Below are positions 51,783 through 64,000 of a stretch of DNA of 64,000 nucleotides, in pieces; the first letter of the stretch is position 1; every line of letters begins with the position of its first letter. The stretch lies in assembly GCA_963754315.1 (NCBI GenBank), contig CAVWFS010000003.1, positions 32,001-96,000 of the forward strand, in the 5' to 3' direction. Both the position numbers and the translations under genes were made by a program. The notes under the pieces are model-generated. The model was not told the origin of the DNA, did no database searches, and was given only the letters and a program-made list of their open reading frames with translations. The stretch is from an uncultured Candidatus Rokubacteria bacterium. GTDB taxonomy: Bacteria > Methylomirabilota > Methylomirabilia > Rokubacteriales > CSP1-6.

Positions 51783-54066
51783 GTGGTGTCTCGCGGATGG
51801 CCGGCGCAGGTGTCGCGGCCCGCGAGGGCGGGGCCGGGGCGGACGGGGGCTGAGGACTGGCAGCGGAAACCGACGGCGTGCTGGCCGCGGGCAGGGGTGG
51901 GGTGCTGGGCGGAGACGGGGGTGGGCTGCCGGCCGCAGGCGGGGCTGGGGTGCTGGCCGGAGGAAGAGGCGGCGCGCTCTGCGGGGGGAGAGGGACGGGG
52001 CTCGCTGGCGTCATCTGGCGACGCGGTCCACACGTGCTTGCCGGCTCCGTCCCCTTGACGAAGGCCATAGGAACGACGCGGACGCACTCATTGGACGGAT
52101 CCATGTCCACGGGCACGATCACCACCCGCTCGGGAATGGGGAAGTCATCCTTGGGACTGTTGCCGAGCACCCGAGTCATGTAGGCGGCCCAGATCGGCGC
52201 CGCCAAGCGGCCCCCCGTCTCGTCGCGACCGAGACTGCGCGGACGATCGTAGCCGACCCAGACACCGGTCACGAGACGGGGCGTGAAGCCGACAAACCAG
52301 GCGTTCGAGTAATCGTTGGTGGTGCCGGTCTTGCCGGCCACCGGGCGACCCACGGCCTTGGCGGGCTGGCCGGTTCCGCGCTCCACGACCCCGCGCAGCA
52401 TGTGGGTGATGACGTAGGCAAGCTCGGGGGACACGGCCTCCCGGCCCTGCGGGACGTTCTCTTCAATGAGCTTGTCCTGGGCATCGGTCACGTAGCGAAT
52501 CACAGTCGCCGGGACCGAGACGCCCTGATTGGCGAGCGCACCGTAGGCCGAGGTCAATTCCAGCAGCGACAGGTCCGACGTACCGAGGGCCAGAGAGAGG
52601 TTGGGAGCGAGCGGGCTCTGGATGCCAAACCGCCGCGCCACCTGCACCGTGCGGTTCACGCCAACGCGCTCCTGGAGCTTGACGGTGACGACGTTGACCG
52701 ACTCCTCGATCGCCTGCTGCAAGGTCGTGGACCCTCGGAACTTCCGGTCGTAGTTCTCGGGCTTCCACGGATTGCCGTTGGGGCCCACTGCGTAGGAAAC
52801 CGGCGCGTCCTCGACCTGGGTCGCCGGGGTGAGGCCAGCTTCGAGGGCGGCGACGTAGACGAACGGCTTGAAGGCGGAGCCCGGCTGGCGCTTGGCCTGA
52901 ACGGCGCGGTTGAATTCGCTCCGGAAGAAGTCATAGCCGCCCACCATGGCGCGCACGTAGCCGGTCTGGGGCTCGATGGTCACGAGGGCACCCTCCGGGT
53001 GCTCGCCTGGTCGCGCCTTCGCGGTCCGCCCCTCCAGGGTCTTGAGCCCATCGCGCAATGACTGCTCGGCGACCAGCTGCATGGACGGATTGAGCGTGGT
53101 GTACACGCTCAGGCCGCCCTTGAAGACCATGTCCGCCCCGTATTTCGCCTCGAGTGTCTGCTGCACGTACTCGAGGAAGTACTGTCCTGTGGTGCGTCGC
53201 CGCTCCGGGGGAATGAGCCCGAGGTCGGCCTTGGCGAGCTTCTTGGCGTCGCCTTCGCTGATGATGCCAAACTCGGCCATGCGTCGCAGCACCAGCTCCC
53301 GCCGCTGACGGGCCGCCACTGGATTGTCGAAGGGCGCGTAGGCGGACGGGGCGCGTGGGAGACCGGCCAGCAGTGCAGCCTCGCGCGTGGTCACCGCCGA
53401 GACCGACTTTCCGAAGTACGTGCGCGCGGCCGCCTCCACACCGTAGGCGCCCTGCCCGAAGTAGACCTGGTTCAGGTACATCTCGAGGATGCGGTCCTTC
53501 GAATATCGGCGCTCGAGCTCGAGGGCCAGGATGGCTTCCTTGAGCTTTCGTTCTAGGCTGCGGTCCGGCGTGAGGAACAGGACCTTGGTGAGTTGCTGAG
53601 TGATGGTGCTTCCCCCCTCCACGATACGGCCCCGCCGGTAGTTCTGCACAATGGCGCGCCCGATGCCGATGGGATCGACGCCCCAGTGCTGGTAAAAACG
53701 CCGATCCTCGGTGGCGATCACGGCGTTCTGCACGAGCTTGGGAATCTCGCTGAGGGGGACGAAGATCCGTCGTTCGACATGCAGCTCGGTAATGAGGTCG
53801 TCGTTCTCGTCGTAGACCTTGGTGCCCTTCAACGGCTCGAAGTTTTCGAGGGCGGTCACGGAGGGCAATGAGCGAGGCAGGATGGTGAAGGCCCAGAGAG
53901 CGCCAGCCCCGGCCAGGGCCACCACGGAGAGGGTGAGCACGCCGAGCCCGATGAGGATGCCACGCAGCCAGCGTCGGTTCCCGGTGCGCCTTCTGAGGAT
54001 GCCGCGCAGCCAGCGTCGGCGCGCCCCTGCGCGCCGGCCGGGTCGTCGCCGCTTCTCGACCGCCAT
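51715..54066 (-). CDS. Class A penicillin-binding protein (PBP1A family) with Pro-rich tail
   Basis: TM anchor, EDRRFYQHWG, GGSTITQQL, RKLKE; transpeptidase SAFK, SVN, KTG. Confidence 0.95.
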   Translation of the reverse strand: MAVEKRRRPGRRAGARRRWLRGILRRRTGNRRWLRGILIGLGVLTLSVVALAGAGALWAFTILPRSLPSVTALENFEPLKGTKVYDENDDLITELHVERRIFVPLSEIPKLVQNAVIATEDRRFYQHWGVDPIGIGRAIVQNYRRGRIVEGGSTITQQLTKVLFLTPDRSLERKLKEAILALELERRYSKDRILEMYLNQVYFGQGAYGVEAAARTYFGKSVSAVTTREAALLAGLPRAPSAYAPFDNPVAARQRRELVLRRMAEFGIISEGDAKKLAKADLGLIPPERRRTTGQYFLEYVQQTLEAKYGADMVFKGGLSVYTTLNPSMQLVAEQSLRDGLKTLEGRTAKARPGEHPEGALVTIEPQTGYVRAMVGGYDFFRSEFNRAVQAKRQPGSAFKPFVYVAALEAGLTPATQVEDAPVSYAVGPNGNPWKPENYDRKFRGSTTLQQAIEESVNVVTVKLQERVGVNRTVQVARRFGIQSPLAPNLSLALGTSDLSLLELTSAYGALANQGVSVPATVIRYVTDAQDKLIEENVPQGREAVSPELAYVITHMLRGVVERGTGQPAKAVGRPVAGKTGTTNDYSNAWFVGFTPRLVTGVWVGYDRPRSLGRDETGGRLAAPIWAAYMTRVLGNSPKDDFPIPERVVIVPVDMDPSNECVRVVPMAFVKGTEPASTCGPRRQMTPASPVPLPPQSAPPLPPASTPAPPAAGSPPPSPPSTPPLPAASTPSVSAASPQPPSAPAPPSRAATPAPAIRETPPTALPAGSFSDRRSAGPVPQSP
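51877..51972 (-). repeat. Degenerate 24-bp tandem repeats encoding the Pro-rich PBP tail
   Basis: About 4 units such as gggtgctgggcggagacgggggtg and gggtgctggccggaggaagaggcg. Confidence 0.65.
53952..54019 (-). repeat. 26-bp duplication with 42-bp period (RRWLRGIL x2)
   Basis: tgaggatgccacgcagccagcgtcgg and tgaggatgccgcgcagccagcgtcgg, one mismatch. Confidence 0.88.
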
Positions 54067-54074
54067 GTTCGAAC

Positions 54075-54131
54075 ATTATACTGGCGAGCCGTCCCCCGCG
54101 CCTTGCATGCTCGGGGGCCCCGTGGTACAAC
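54075..54131. promoter_or_regulatory. Divergent promoters for PBP1A (-) and tyrS (+)
   Basis: Minus: TATAAT (54080-54075), 8 nt before ATG. Plus: TTGCAT (54103-54108), 17 bp, TACAAC (54126-54131), 9 nt before TTG. Confidence 0.7.
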
Positions 54132-54140
54132 CCCGATGCT

Positions 54141-55385
54141 TTGGCCGCCTTCGCGTTCGCCCCGGTGGACGAGCAGCTCCGTGTCATCAAGCGTGGGACG
54201 GCCGACCTCATCGTGGAACGCGAGCTGGGCGACAAGCTCGAGCGGTCGCGGGCGCGCGGCGAGCCACTGCGCGTGAAGCTCGGTCTCGATCCGACCGCCC
54301 CCGATCTCCATCTCGGGCACACCGTGGTGCTCGGCAAGCTGCGAGACTTTCAGGATCTCGGGCATCAGGTCATCGTCATCCTCGGGGACTTTACGGGCAT
54401 GATCGGCGACCCGACCGGCCGCTCGGAGACCCGCAAACCGCTCACGTGGGACGAGATTCGCGCCAACGCCGCCACCTACCGGGCCCAGCTCGGGAAGATC
54501 CTCGACATGGATCGGGTCCGGCTTGAGCTGAACTCGTCGTGGCTGGGTGCCCTGACGATGGAGGACGTGATCCGACTCACCGCTCACGTGACAGTCGCCC
54601 AGATGCTTCAGCGCGAGGACTTCGCTGCGCGCTACGCCAGCGGGCGGGCCATCAGTTTGCACGAGTTCCTCTACCCTATTGCCCAGGCCTACGATTCGGT
54701 GGCCCTGCGAGCCGACGTGGAGCTGGGTGGAACCGACCAGACGTTCAATCTTCTCGTGGGGCGTGATCTCCAGCGGGCCCTCGGCCAGGAGCCGCAGGTC
54801 GCGCTCACCGTGCCCATTCTGGAAGGCCTCGATGGGGTGCAGAAGATGTCCAAGAGTCTCGGGAACTACGTGGGTATCGACGAGAGGGCCGAGGACATCT
54901 ACGGTAAGGTGATGTCGGTTTCGGACGATCTCATGTGGCGTTACTACGAACTGCTCACCCGGATCCCCGAGACCGACATCGCGACGATGCGGCGCGACCA
55001 CCCCATGGAGGCCAAGAAGCGGCTGGCCTTCACCCTGACTGCGCAATACCAAGGGTCGGGGAAAGCGAAGGCTGCTGCCGACCACTTCACAAGGGTGCAC
55101 CAGCAGGGTACTCTGCCAGCCGAGATCGACGAGTGCCGGGTGCACGCGTCCGGAGGTAGCATCCTGCTGCCCCAAGCGCTCCGGGAGGCCGGGCTGGTCG
55201 GCTCCACCTCCGAGGGACGTCGTCTCATCGGCCAGGGAGCGGTCGAGGTCGACGGTGAGCGGGTGACCCGCCTCGATGTGGGGCTGGCCCATGGGCGCAC
55301 CTACCTGATCAGGGTAGGCAAGCGTCAGTTCCGGCGCGTGGTGGTGGAGGGGGCCGGGTCGGATCACTCCGCAGAGAGGCCTTGA
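54141..55385 (+). CDS. tyrS: Tyrosine--tRNA ligase
   Basis: GLDPTAPDLHLGH, GGTDQ, KMSKS, C-terminal S4 domain. Confidence 0.98.
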   Translation: MAAFAFAPVDEQLRVIKRGTADLIVERELGDKLERSRARGEPLRVKLGLDPTAPDLHLGHTVVLGKLRDFQDLGHQVIVILGDFTGMIGDPTGRSETRKPLTWDEIRANAATYRAQLGKILDMDRVRLELNSSWLGALTMEDVIRLTAHVTVAQMLQREDFAARYASGRAISLHEFLYPIAQAYDSVALRADVELGGTDQTFNLLVGRDLQRALGQEPQVALTVPILEGLDGVQKMSKSLGNYVGIDERAEDIYGKVMSVSDDLMWRYYELLTRIPETDIATMRRDHPMEAKKRLAFTLTAQYQGSGKAKAAADHFTRVHQQGTLPAEIDECRVHASGGSILLPQALREAGLVGSTSEGRRLIGQGAVEVDGERVTRLDVGLAHGRTYLIRVGKRQFRRVVVEGAGSDHSAERP

Positions 55386-55410
55386 CAGCAAGAGCTTCGA
55401 CCCGTATAGT
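55382..55410 (+). promoter_or_regulatory. rRNA operon sigma70 promoter
   Basis: TTGACA (55382-55387), 17 bp, TATAGT (55405-55410); boxA-like GCTCTTTGAAA at 55479-55489. Confidence 0.9.
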
Positions 55411-55618
55411 CACTCTTTGTCCCCATCGGGGACAGCGATTTTAGAAGTCAGCCCGGTCACTTCCAAGTTGACCGTAGCGCTCTTTGAAACTCGGATATGC
55501 TACTGGCTCACCGAAGTGGTGTGAGCACCCATCCGTTTCTATCGAGCCTTGCGCTCGGCCGGGTAACTGCACGCAGTCGCAGGAACACGTTCGAGCTCGA
55601 AGTCCAGGTTCGTCGCTT

Positions 55619-57188
<1,570 letters not shown>

Positions 57189-57290
57189 CCTCGAGAGTCC
57201 GACCCCGTCGGTGACGACGGCGGTCGGACTCTCCACGGTTCTGAATCGCTCGTGCCTCTCGGAAGCCAGTAGCATTTTTACGTTCGCGTC

Positions 57291-57367
57291 GGGCCTTTAG
57301 CTCAGGTGGCTAGAGCGCGCGCTTGATAAGCGCGAGGTCCCTGGTTCGATCCCAGGAAGGCCCACCA
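57291..57367 (+). tRNA. tRNA-Ile(GAT)
   Basis: GGGCCTT/AAGGCCC acceptor, CGCGC-TTGATAA-GCGCG anticodon arm, CCA end. Confidence 0.98.
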
Positions 57368-57376
57368 GACATGAGC

Positions 57377-57452
57377 GGGGATGTAGCTCAGCTGGGAGAG
57401 CACCTGCTTTGCAAGCAGGGGGTCACCGGTTCGAATCCGGTCATCTCCACCA
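57377..57452 (+). tRNA. tRNA-Ala(TGC)
   Basis: GGGGATG/CATCTCC acceptor with G3-U70, CCTGC-TTTGCAA-GCAGG, CCA end. Confidence 0.98.
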
Positions 57453-57580
57453 CGTGCGGTCAAGAACGCGAAGACTTGAAACCTTGCGAGCATGTGCTCG
57501 CGTGGATCTTTGACAACCGAATACGGAGATTCTCGAGTGTAGCCAGGCGATGTTCTCCAAGTGGCAGTAGACAAGTTCGT

Positions 57581-60561
<2,981 letters not shown>

Positions 60562-60654
60562 CGGTATTTGTCAAAACGAAGAGAGCAGCGTCCGGCTGCG
60601 CTCGAGAATCTCCGTGTTCGGCGCGGCGCTCGCCGCCGCGACGACGTCGTGATT

Positions 60655-60772
<118 letters not shown>

Positions 60773-60780
60773 TTATCCTC

Positions 60781-60814
60781 ATCGGGGGGGCTTCTGGCCC
60801 CCCGATACCCCCCC
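60781..60814. repeat. Hairpin plus C-tract element (REP-like family member)
   Basis: ATCGGGGGG-gcttctgg-CCCCCCGAT followed by ACCCCCCC. Confidence 0.65.
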
Positions 60815-60840
60815 TGTGACACGTTAGTTTGATAGAGTGA

Positions 60841-60875
60841 GCGCCCGGACACCGAGTCCGGGCGTTTTGCTTTTT
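60841..60875 (+). terminator. Intrinsic terminator of rrn operon
   Basis: CGCCCGGAC-accga-GTCCGGGCG followed by TTTTGCTTTTT. Confidence 0.85.
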
Positions 60876-60916
60876 CGTCGGGTTTTGCTGATGTCGGCCG
60901 GGGGAGGCGATGAGCC

Positions 60917-61753
60917 ATGAGCGGCCTGAGCGAGTTCTTCTGGATCTTCATCATCATCACGGCTCTCCAACCGATCATCAAGCAGAAGCTCCTCGACGCT
61001 AGCCGCCTGCGTCTGATCACGCGCTTCGAGAAGCAGCGGGGGAGCCGCACCATCGCCCTCGTGCACCGCCAGGAGACGATGGCCTTCCTCGGGTTTCCCA
61101 TCATGAAGTACATCGATGTGAACGACTCCGAGGAGGTGCTGCGAGCCATCAAGCTCACCGACCCCAGCGTCCCCATCGACCTGATCATCCATACCCCGGG
61201 CGGGCTGGTGCTCGCGGCTGCCCAGATCGCCAATGCCCTCAAGCGACACCCGGGCAAGGTCACTGTCTTCGTGCCCCACTACGCCATGTCGGGCGGGACC
61301 CTGATCGCCCTCGCCGCTGACGAGATCGTGATGGATCCCAACGCCGTCCTCGGTCCCGTCGACCCCCAGCTCGGACAGTCGCCGGCGGCCTCCATCATGA
61401 CCGTCCTCGAGCGCAAGAACGTGAACGATATCGACGACCAGACCCTCATCCTGGCCGACGTGGCCCACAAGGCGCTCGTCCAGGTGGAGGCGACTGTGCG
61501 CGACCTTCTCGCCGAGCGAATGCCAGGCGATCAGGCCGCGGCCCTGGCCAAGAAACTCGCGTCGGGGACGTGGACGCACGACTACGCCATCACCAGCGAG
61601 GCGGCCAGGTCGCTCGGCCTGCCCATATCCACGGACATGCCGCCCGAGGTCTACGATTTCATGCGCCTGTTCGCGCAGCCCACCCGGACGCGACCGTCGG
61701 TCGAATACGTGCCGGTGCCCCACCGCAGCAACCCGCCCGGCACCGGCACCTGA
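60917..61753 (+). CDS. SDH-family (DUF114) Clp-fold serine protease
   Basis: IALVHRQE, LIIHTPGGLV, YAMSGGTLIALAADEI, LGPVDPQ, WTHDY. Confidence 0.9.
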   Translation: MSGLSEFFWIFIIITALQPIIKQKLLDASRLRLITRFEKQRGSRTIALVHRQETMAFLGFPIMKYIDVNDSEEVLRAIKLTDPSVPIDLIIHTPGGLVLAAAQIANALKRHPGKVTVFVPHYAMSGGTLIALAADEIVMDPNAVLGPVDPQLGQSPAASIMTVLERKNVNDIDDQTLILADVAHKALVQVEATVRDLLAERMPGDQAAALAKKLASGTWTHDYAITSEAARSLGLPISTDMPPEVYDFMRLFAQPTRTRPSVEYVPVPHRSNPPGTGT

Positions 61754-61830
61754 CCCACGTCCGGGAAGGAGCAACGGCGCTCGGGCGCCCCGCGCGCGCT
61801 CGTGATCCGCGCGACCACATCGCTCTTCCC

Positions 61831-61844
61831 TTGACGTCGATCAC
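61831..61844. promoter_or_regulatory. Candidate FNR/CRP-family site upstream of cox genes
   Basis: TTGAC-gtcg-ATCAC resembles TTGAT-N4-ATCAA. Confidence 0.35.
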
Positions 61845-61960
61845 GGTTTTGGCGCAGTCTCGAGGCAAGAGATCCAGGGATCGATGCGCCCCATCGCCAC
61901 GATTTGGTCCCGGCAGGCCCTGGTCATGGGGGGTGGGTACCGCGACGAGGGCGGTGAAGG

Positions 61961-62927
61961 ATGACGCCTCTCTGCGCTGCCTATCCCCAGCGTGTTCGCG
62001 CCCGTCTCCACCCCGGCCTTCCTCATTCGCGATCTGTCCTGGCTGATGCTCGCCGTGAGCGCGGCCATCTTCGCTGGTGGTCGCCTACCTGCTGGTCCAC
62101 GCGCTCGTCCGCTTCCGGGCGCGGCCAGGGGAGGACGACCGCGAGCCACCTCAGGTCTATGGCAGCAATTCCATCGAGGTTGCCTGGATCGTCGTTCCCC
62201 TGCTCATCGTGGTGGTCCTCTTCCTGGCCACCGCCCGCACCGTCTTCGAAATCGAGCGAGCGGCGGCGGCCGGGGCGGCCCTTCGGGTCACGGTGGTCGG
62301 ACATCAGTGGTGGTGGGAGTTTCGCTACCCTGACCTCGGCATCGTCACCGCCAACGAGCTGCATATTCCGCTGAGTGAGCCGCCGGAGCGACGTCTCACC
62401 GTCCTCCGGCTGGAGGCGGTGGACGTGATCCACAGCTTCTGGATCCCCCAGCTCAACGGCAAGACGGACGTGATTCCCAACCATCCCAACACCATGTGGG
62501 TCGAGCCCCTCCGGGCGGGCGCGTACTATGGCCAGTGCGCGGAGTACTGCGGCACCCAGCACGCCAACATGCAGATCCGGGTCTTCGTGCATCCCAAGGC
62601 GGACTTCGATCGGTGGGTGGCCTCTCAGCAGGCCCGGGCCCCGGAAGCGCCCGAGGTGGCGGCGGGGCGGACCATCTTTCTCGGCACGGCCTGCGTGAGC
62701 TGTCACAGAGTCCAGGGGACCTCCGCCGACGGGACCTTCGGGCCAGACCTGACCCATCTCATGAGCCGCACGACCATCGGGGCCGGGGTGGCCCCCAACA
62801 CCGAGCAGAACCTGCGCCGGTGGATCAGGGATCCTGCGCATCTCAAGCCGGGGGTCCTCATGCCGGCCATGAACCTGGCCGATGACCAGATCGCCGCCGT
62901 CGTGCCTACCTGCTGACCCTGAAGTGA
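61961..62927 (+). CDS. coxB: Cytochrome c oxidase subunit II with fused cytochrome c (caa3-type); about 3 apparent frameshifts (~61972, ~62075, ~62904)
   Basis: GHQWWWEF, DVIHSFW, CAEYCGTQHANM (CuA), CVSCH...MP (heme c). The N- and C-terminal parts read in other frames. Confidence 0.88.
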
Positions 62928-62943
62928 GCGAGCGAGGAGGGAC

Positions 62944-64000
62944 ATGTCCACCGTCGACGTGGCGCTGAGACGCGAGGAGGAGGTCGAGGGCCGCCTGCCG
63001 CTGGTCGTCGTGCTCCACGAGTGGCTGATCACCGTGGACCACAAGCGGATCGGGATCATGTACGTCCTGCTCGGCTTGGTCTTCTTCGTGGTGGCCGGCC
63101 TCGAGGCGTCCATGATGCGCTGGCAGCTCGCCGTTCCCGACAACACCGTGGTGGGGCCGGACACCTTCAACCGGCTGTTCACCATGCACGGCACCACCAT
63201 GGTCTTCTTCGTGGGGATGCCGATGATGTTCGGGGTGGCCAACTATCTGGTCCCGCTCATGATCGGGGCGCGCGACGTGGCCTTTCCCCGCCTCAACGCC
63301 TTCAGCTTCTGGCTCTCGTGCTTCGGCGGACTGCTCCTCTACTTCAGCTTCATCGGTGGCCCGGGCCTGTACGGGGCGGGCTCGGCGCCCGCGGTCGGCT
63401 GGTTCGCCTATGCGCCCCTCACCCAGCGGCCGTTCACGCCGGGCACGAGCACCGACTACTGGGTCTTGGCCCTGCTCGTGAGCGGCTTCGGAAGCGTGGC
63501 CGGCGCCATCAATCTGGTGACCACCATCTTCACCATGCGCTGCCCGGGGATGACGCCTCGGCAAGATGCCACTGTTCGTGTGGCTGGTGCTGATGGCCAT
63601 GGTCGAGATCCTGTACGCGCTGCCCGTGCTGACGGCGGGCCAGATCATGCTGCTCTTCGATCGGTACCTGGGCGCGCACTTCTTCGACACCCTGGCCGGC
63701 GGGTCGGCCGTCCTCTGGCAGCACTTCTTCTGGTTCTTCGGGCATCCGGAGGTCTACATCCTCGTCCTGCCCGCGTACGGCATCGCCTCCGAGATCATCC
63801 CCGTCTTCTCGCGCAAGGTCATGTTCGGCTACCCGATGATGGTGGCGGCCACCCTGGCCATCGGCTTCATCGGAGGCAGCGTGTGGGCGCACCATATGTT
63901 CTCGGTCGGTCTGGGCGCCCCCGTGAACACGCTGTTCGCCGCCACCACCATGGCCATCGCCGTGCCCACCGGCATCAAGATCTTCAACTGGCTGGCCACC
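62944..64000 (+). CDS. coxA: Cytochrome c oxidase subunit I, A1-type (3' truncated by window; frameshift ~63556)
   Basis: RBS GAGGAGG; TVDHKRIGIMY, FTMHGTTM, then after a frame change WFFGHPEVY and VWAHHM. Confidence 0.93.
   Translation, partial: MSTVDVALRREEEVEGRLPLVVVLHEWLITVDHKRIGIMYVLLGLVFFVVAGLEASMMRWQLAVPDNTVVGPDTFNRLFTMHGTTMVFFVGMPMMFGVANYLVPLMIGARDVAFPRLNAFSFWLSCFGGLLLYFSFIGGPGLYGAGSAPAVGWFAYAPLTQRPFTPGTSTDYWVLALLVSGFGSVAGAINLVTTIFTMRCPGMTPRQDATVRVAGADGHGRDPVRAARADGGPDHAALRSVPGRALLRHPGRRVGRPLAALLLVLRASGGLHPRPARVRHRLRDHPRLLAQGHVRLPDDGGGHPGHRLHRRQRVGAPYVLGRSGRPREHAVRRHHHGHRRAHRHQDLQLAGH

Overview
High-GC chromosomal window, mostly core genes on the + strand. The 16S rRNA style and gene content suggest Methylomirabilota/Ca. 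Rokubacteria (inference, not a database result). Gene order: partial TetR-like regulator, ECF sigma, rplU-rpmA-obgE-proB-proA-nadD-rsfS, dksA-like, LapB-like, comF (frameshifted), gap-pgk-tpiA-secG, peptide ABC SBP plus two permeases (no ATPases), tRNA-Leu(GAG) with a palindromic tandem array, lipA-nuoABCDEFGHIJK (no nuoLMN)-pdhABC-lpd, small lipoprotein, ytxH/DUF948-like pair, carboxyltransferase plus methylmalonyl-CoA mutase large subunit, two exported HPxTG-motif proteins, polyprenyl synthase, DUF62 SAM hydrolase, FmdB-like protein, a multiply frameshifted outer-membrane beta-barrel, a third HPxTG-motif/FG-GAP protein, hisS-aspS-phoH-ybeY-era-recO-glyQS, PBP1A, tyrS, a complete rrn operon, an SDH-family protease and the start of a caa3-type oxidase. 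No transposase, phage, CRISPR or defence genes were recognised. Best leads: (1) a complex I operon lacking L/M/N and bracketed by lipA and PDH; (2) three related exported proteins near a beta-barrel gene, possibly an uncharacterised envelope complex; (3) a dispersed double-hairpin repeat family with covarying stems; (4) frequent sigma70 promoters ending 7-10 nt before start codons, implying leaderless mRNAs. The clustered frameshifts may be assembly errors.
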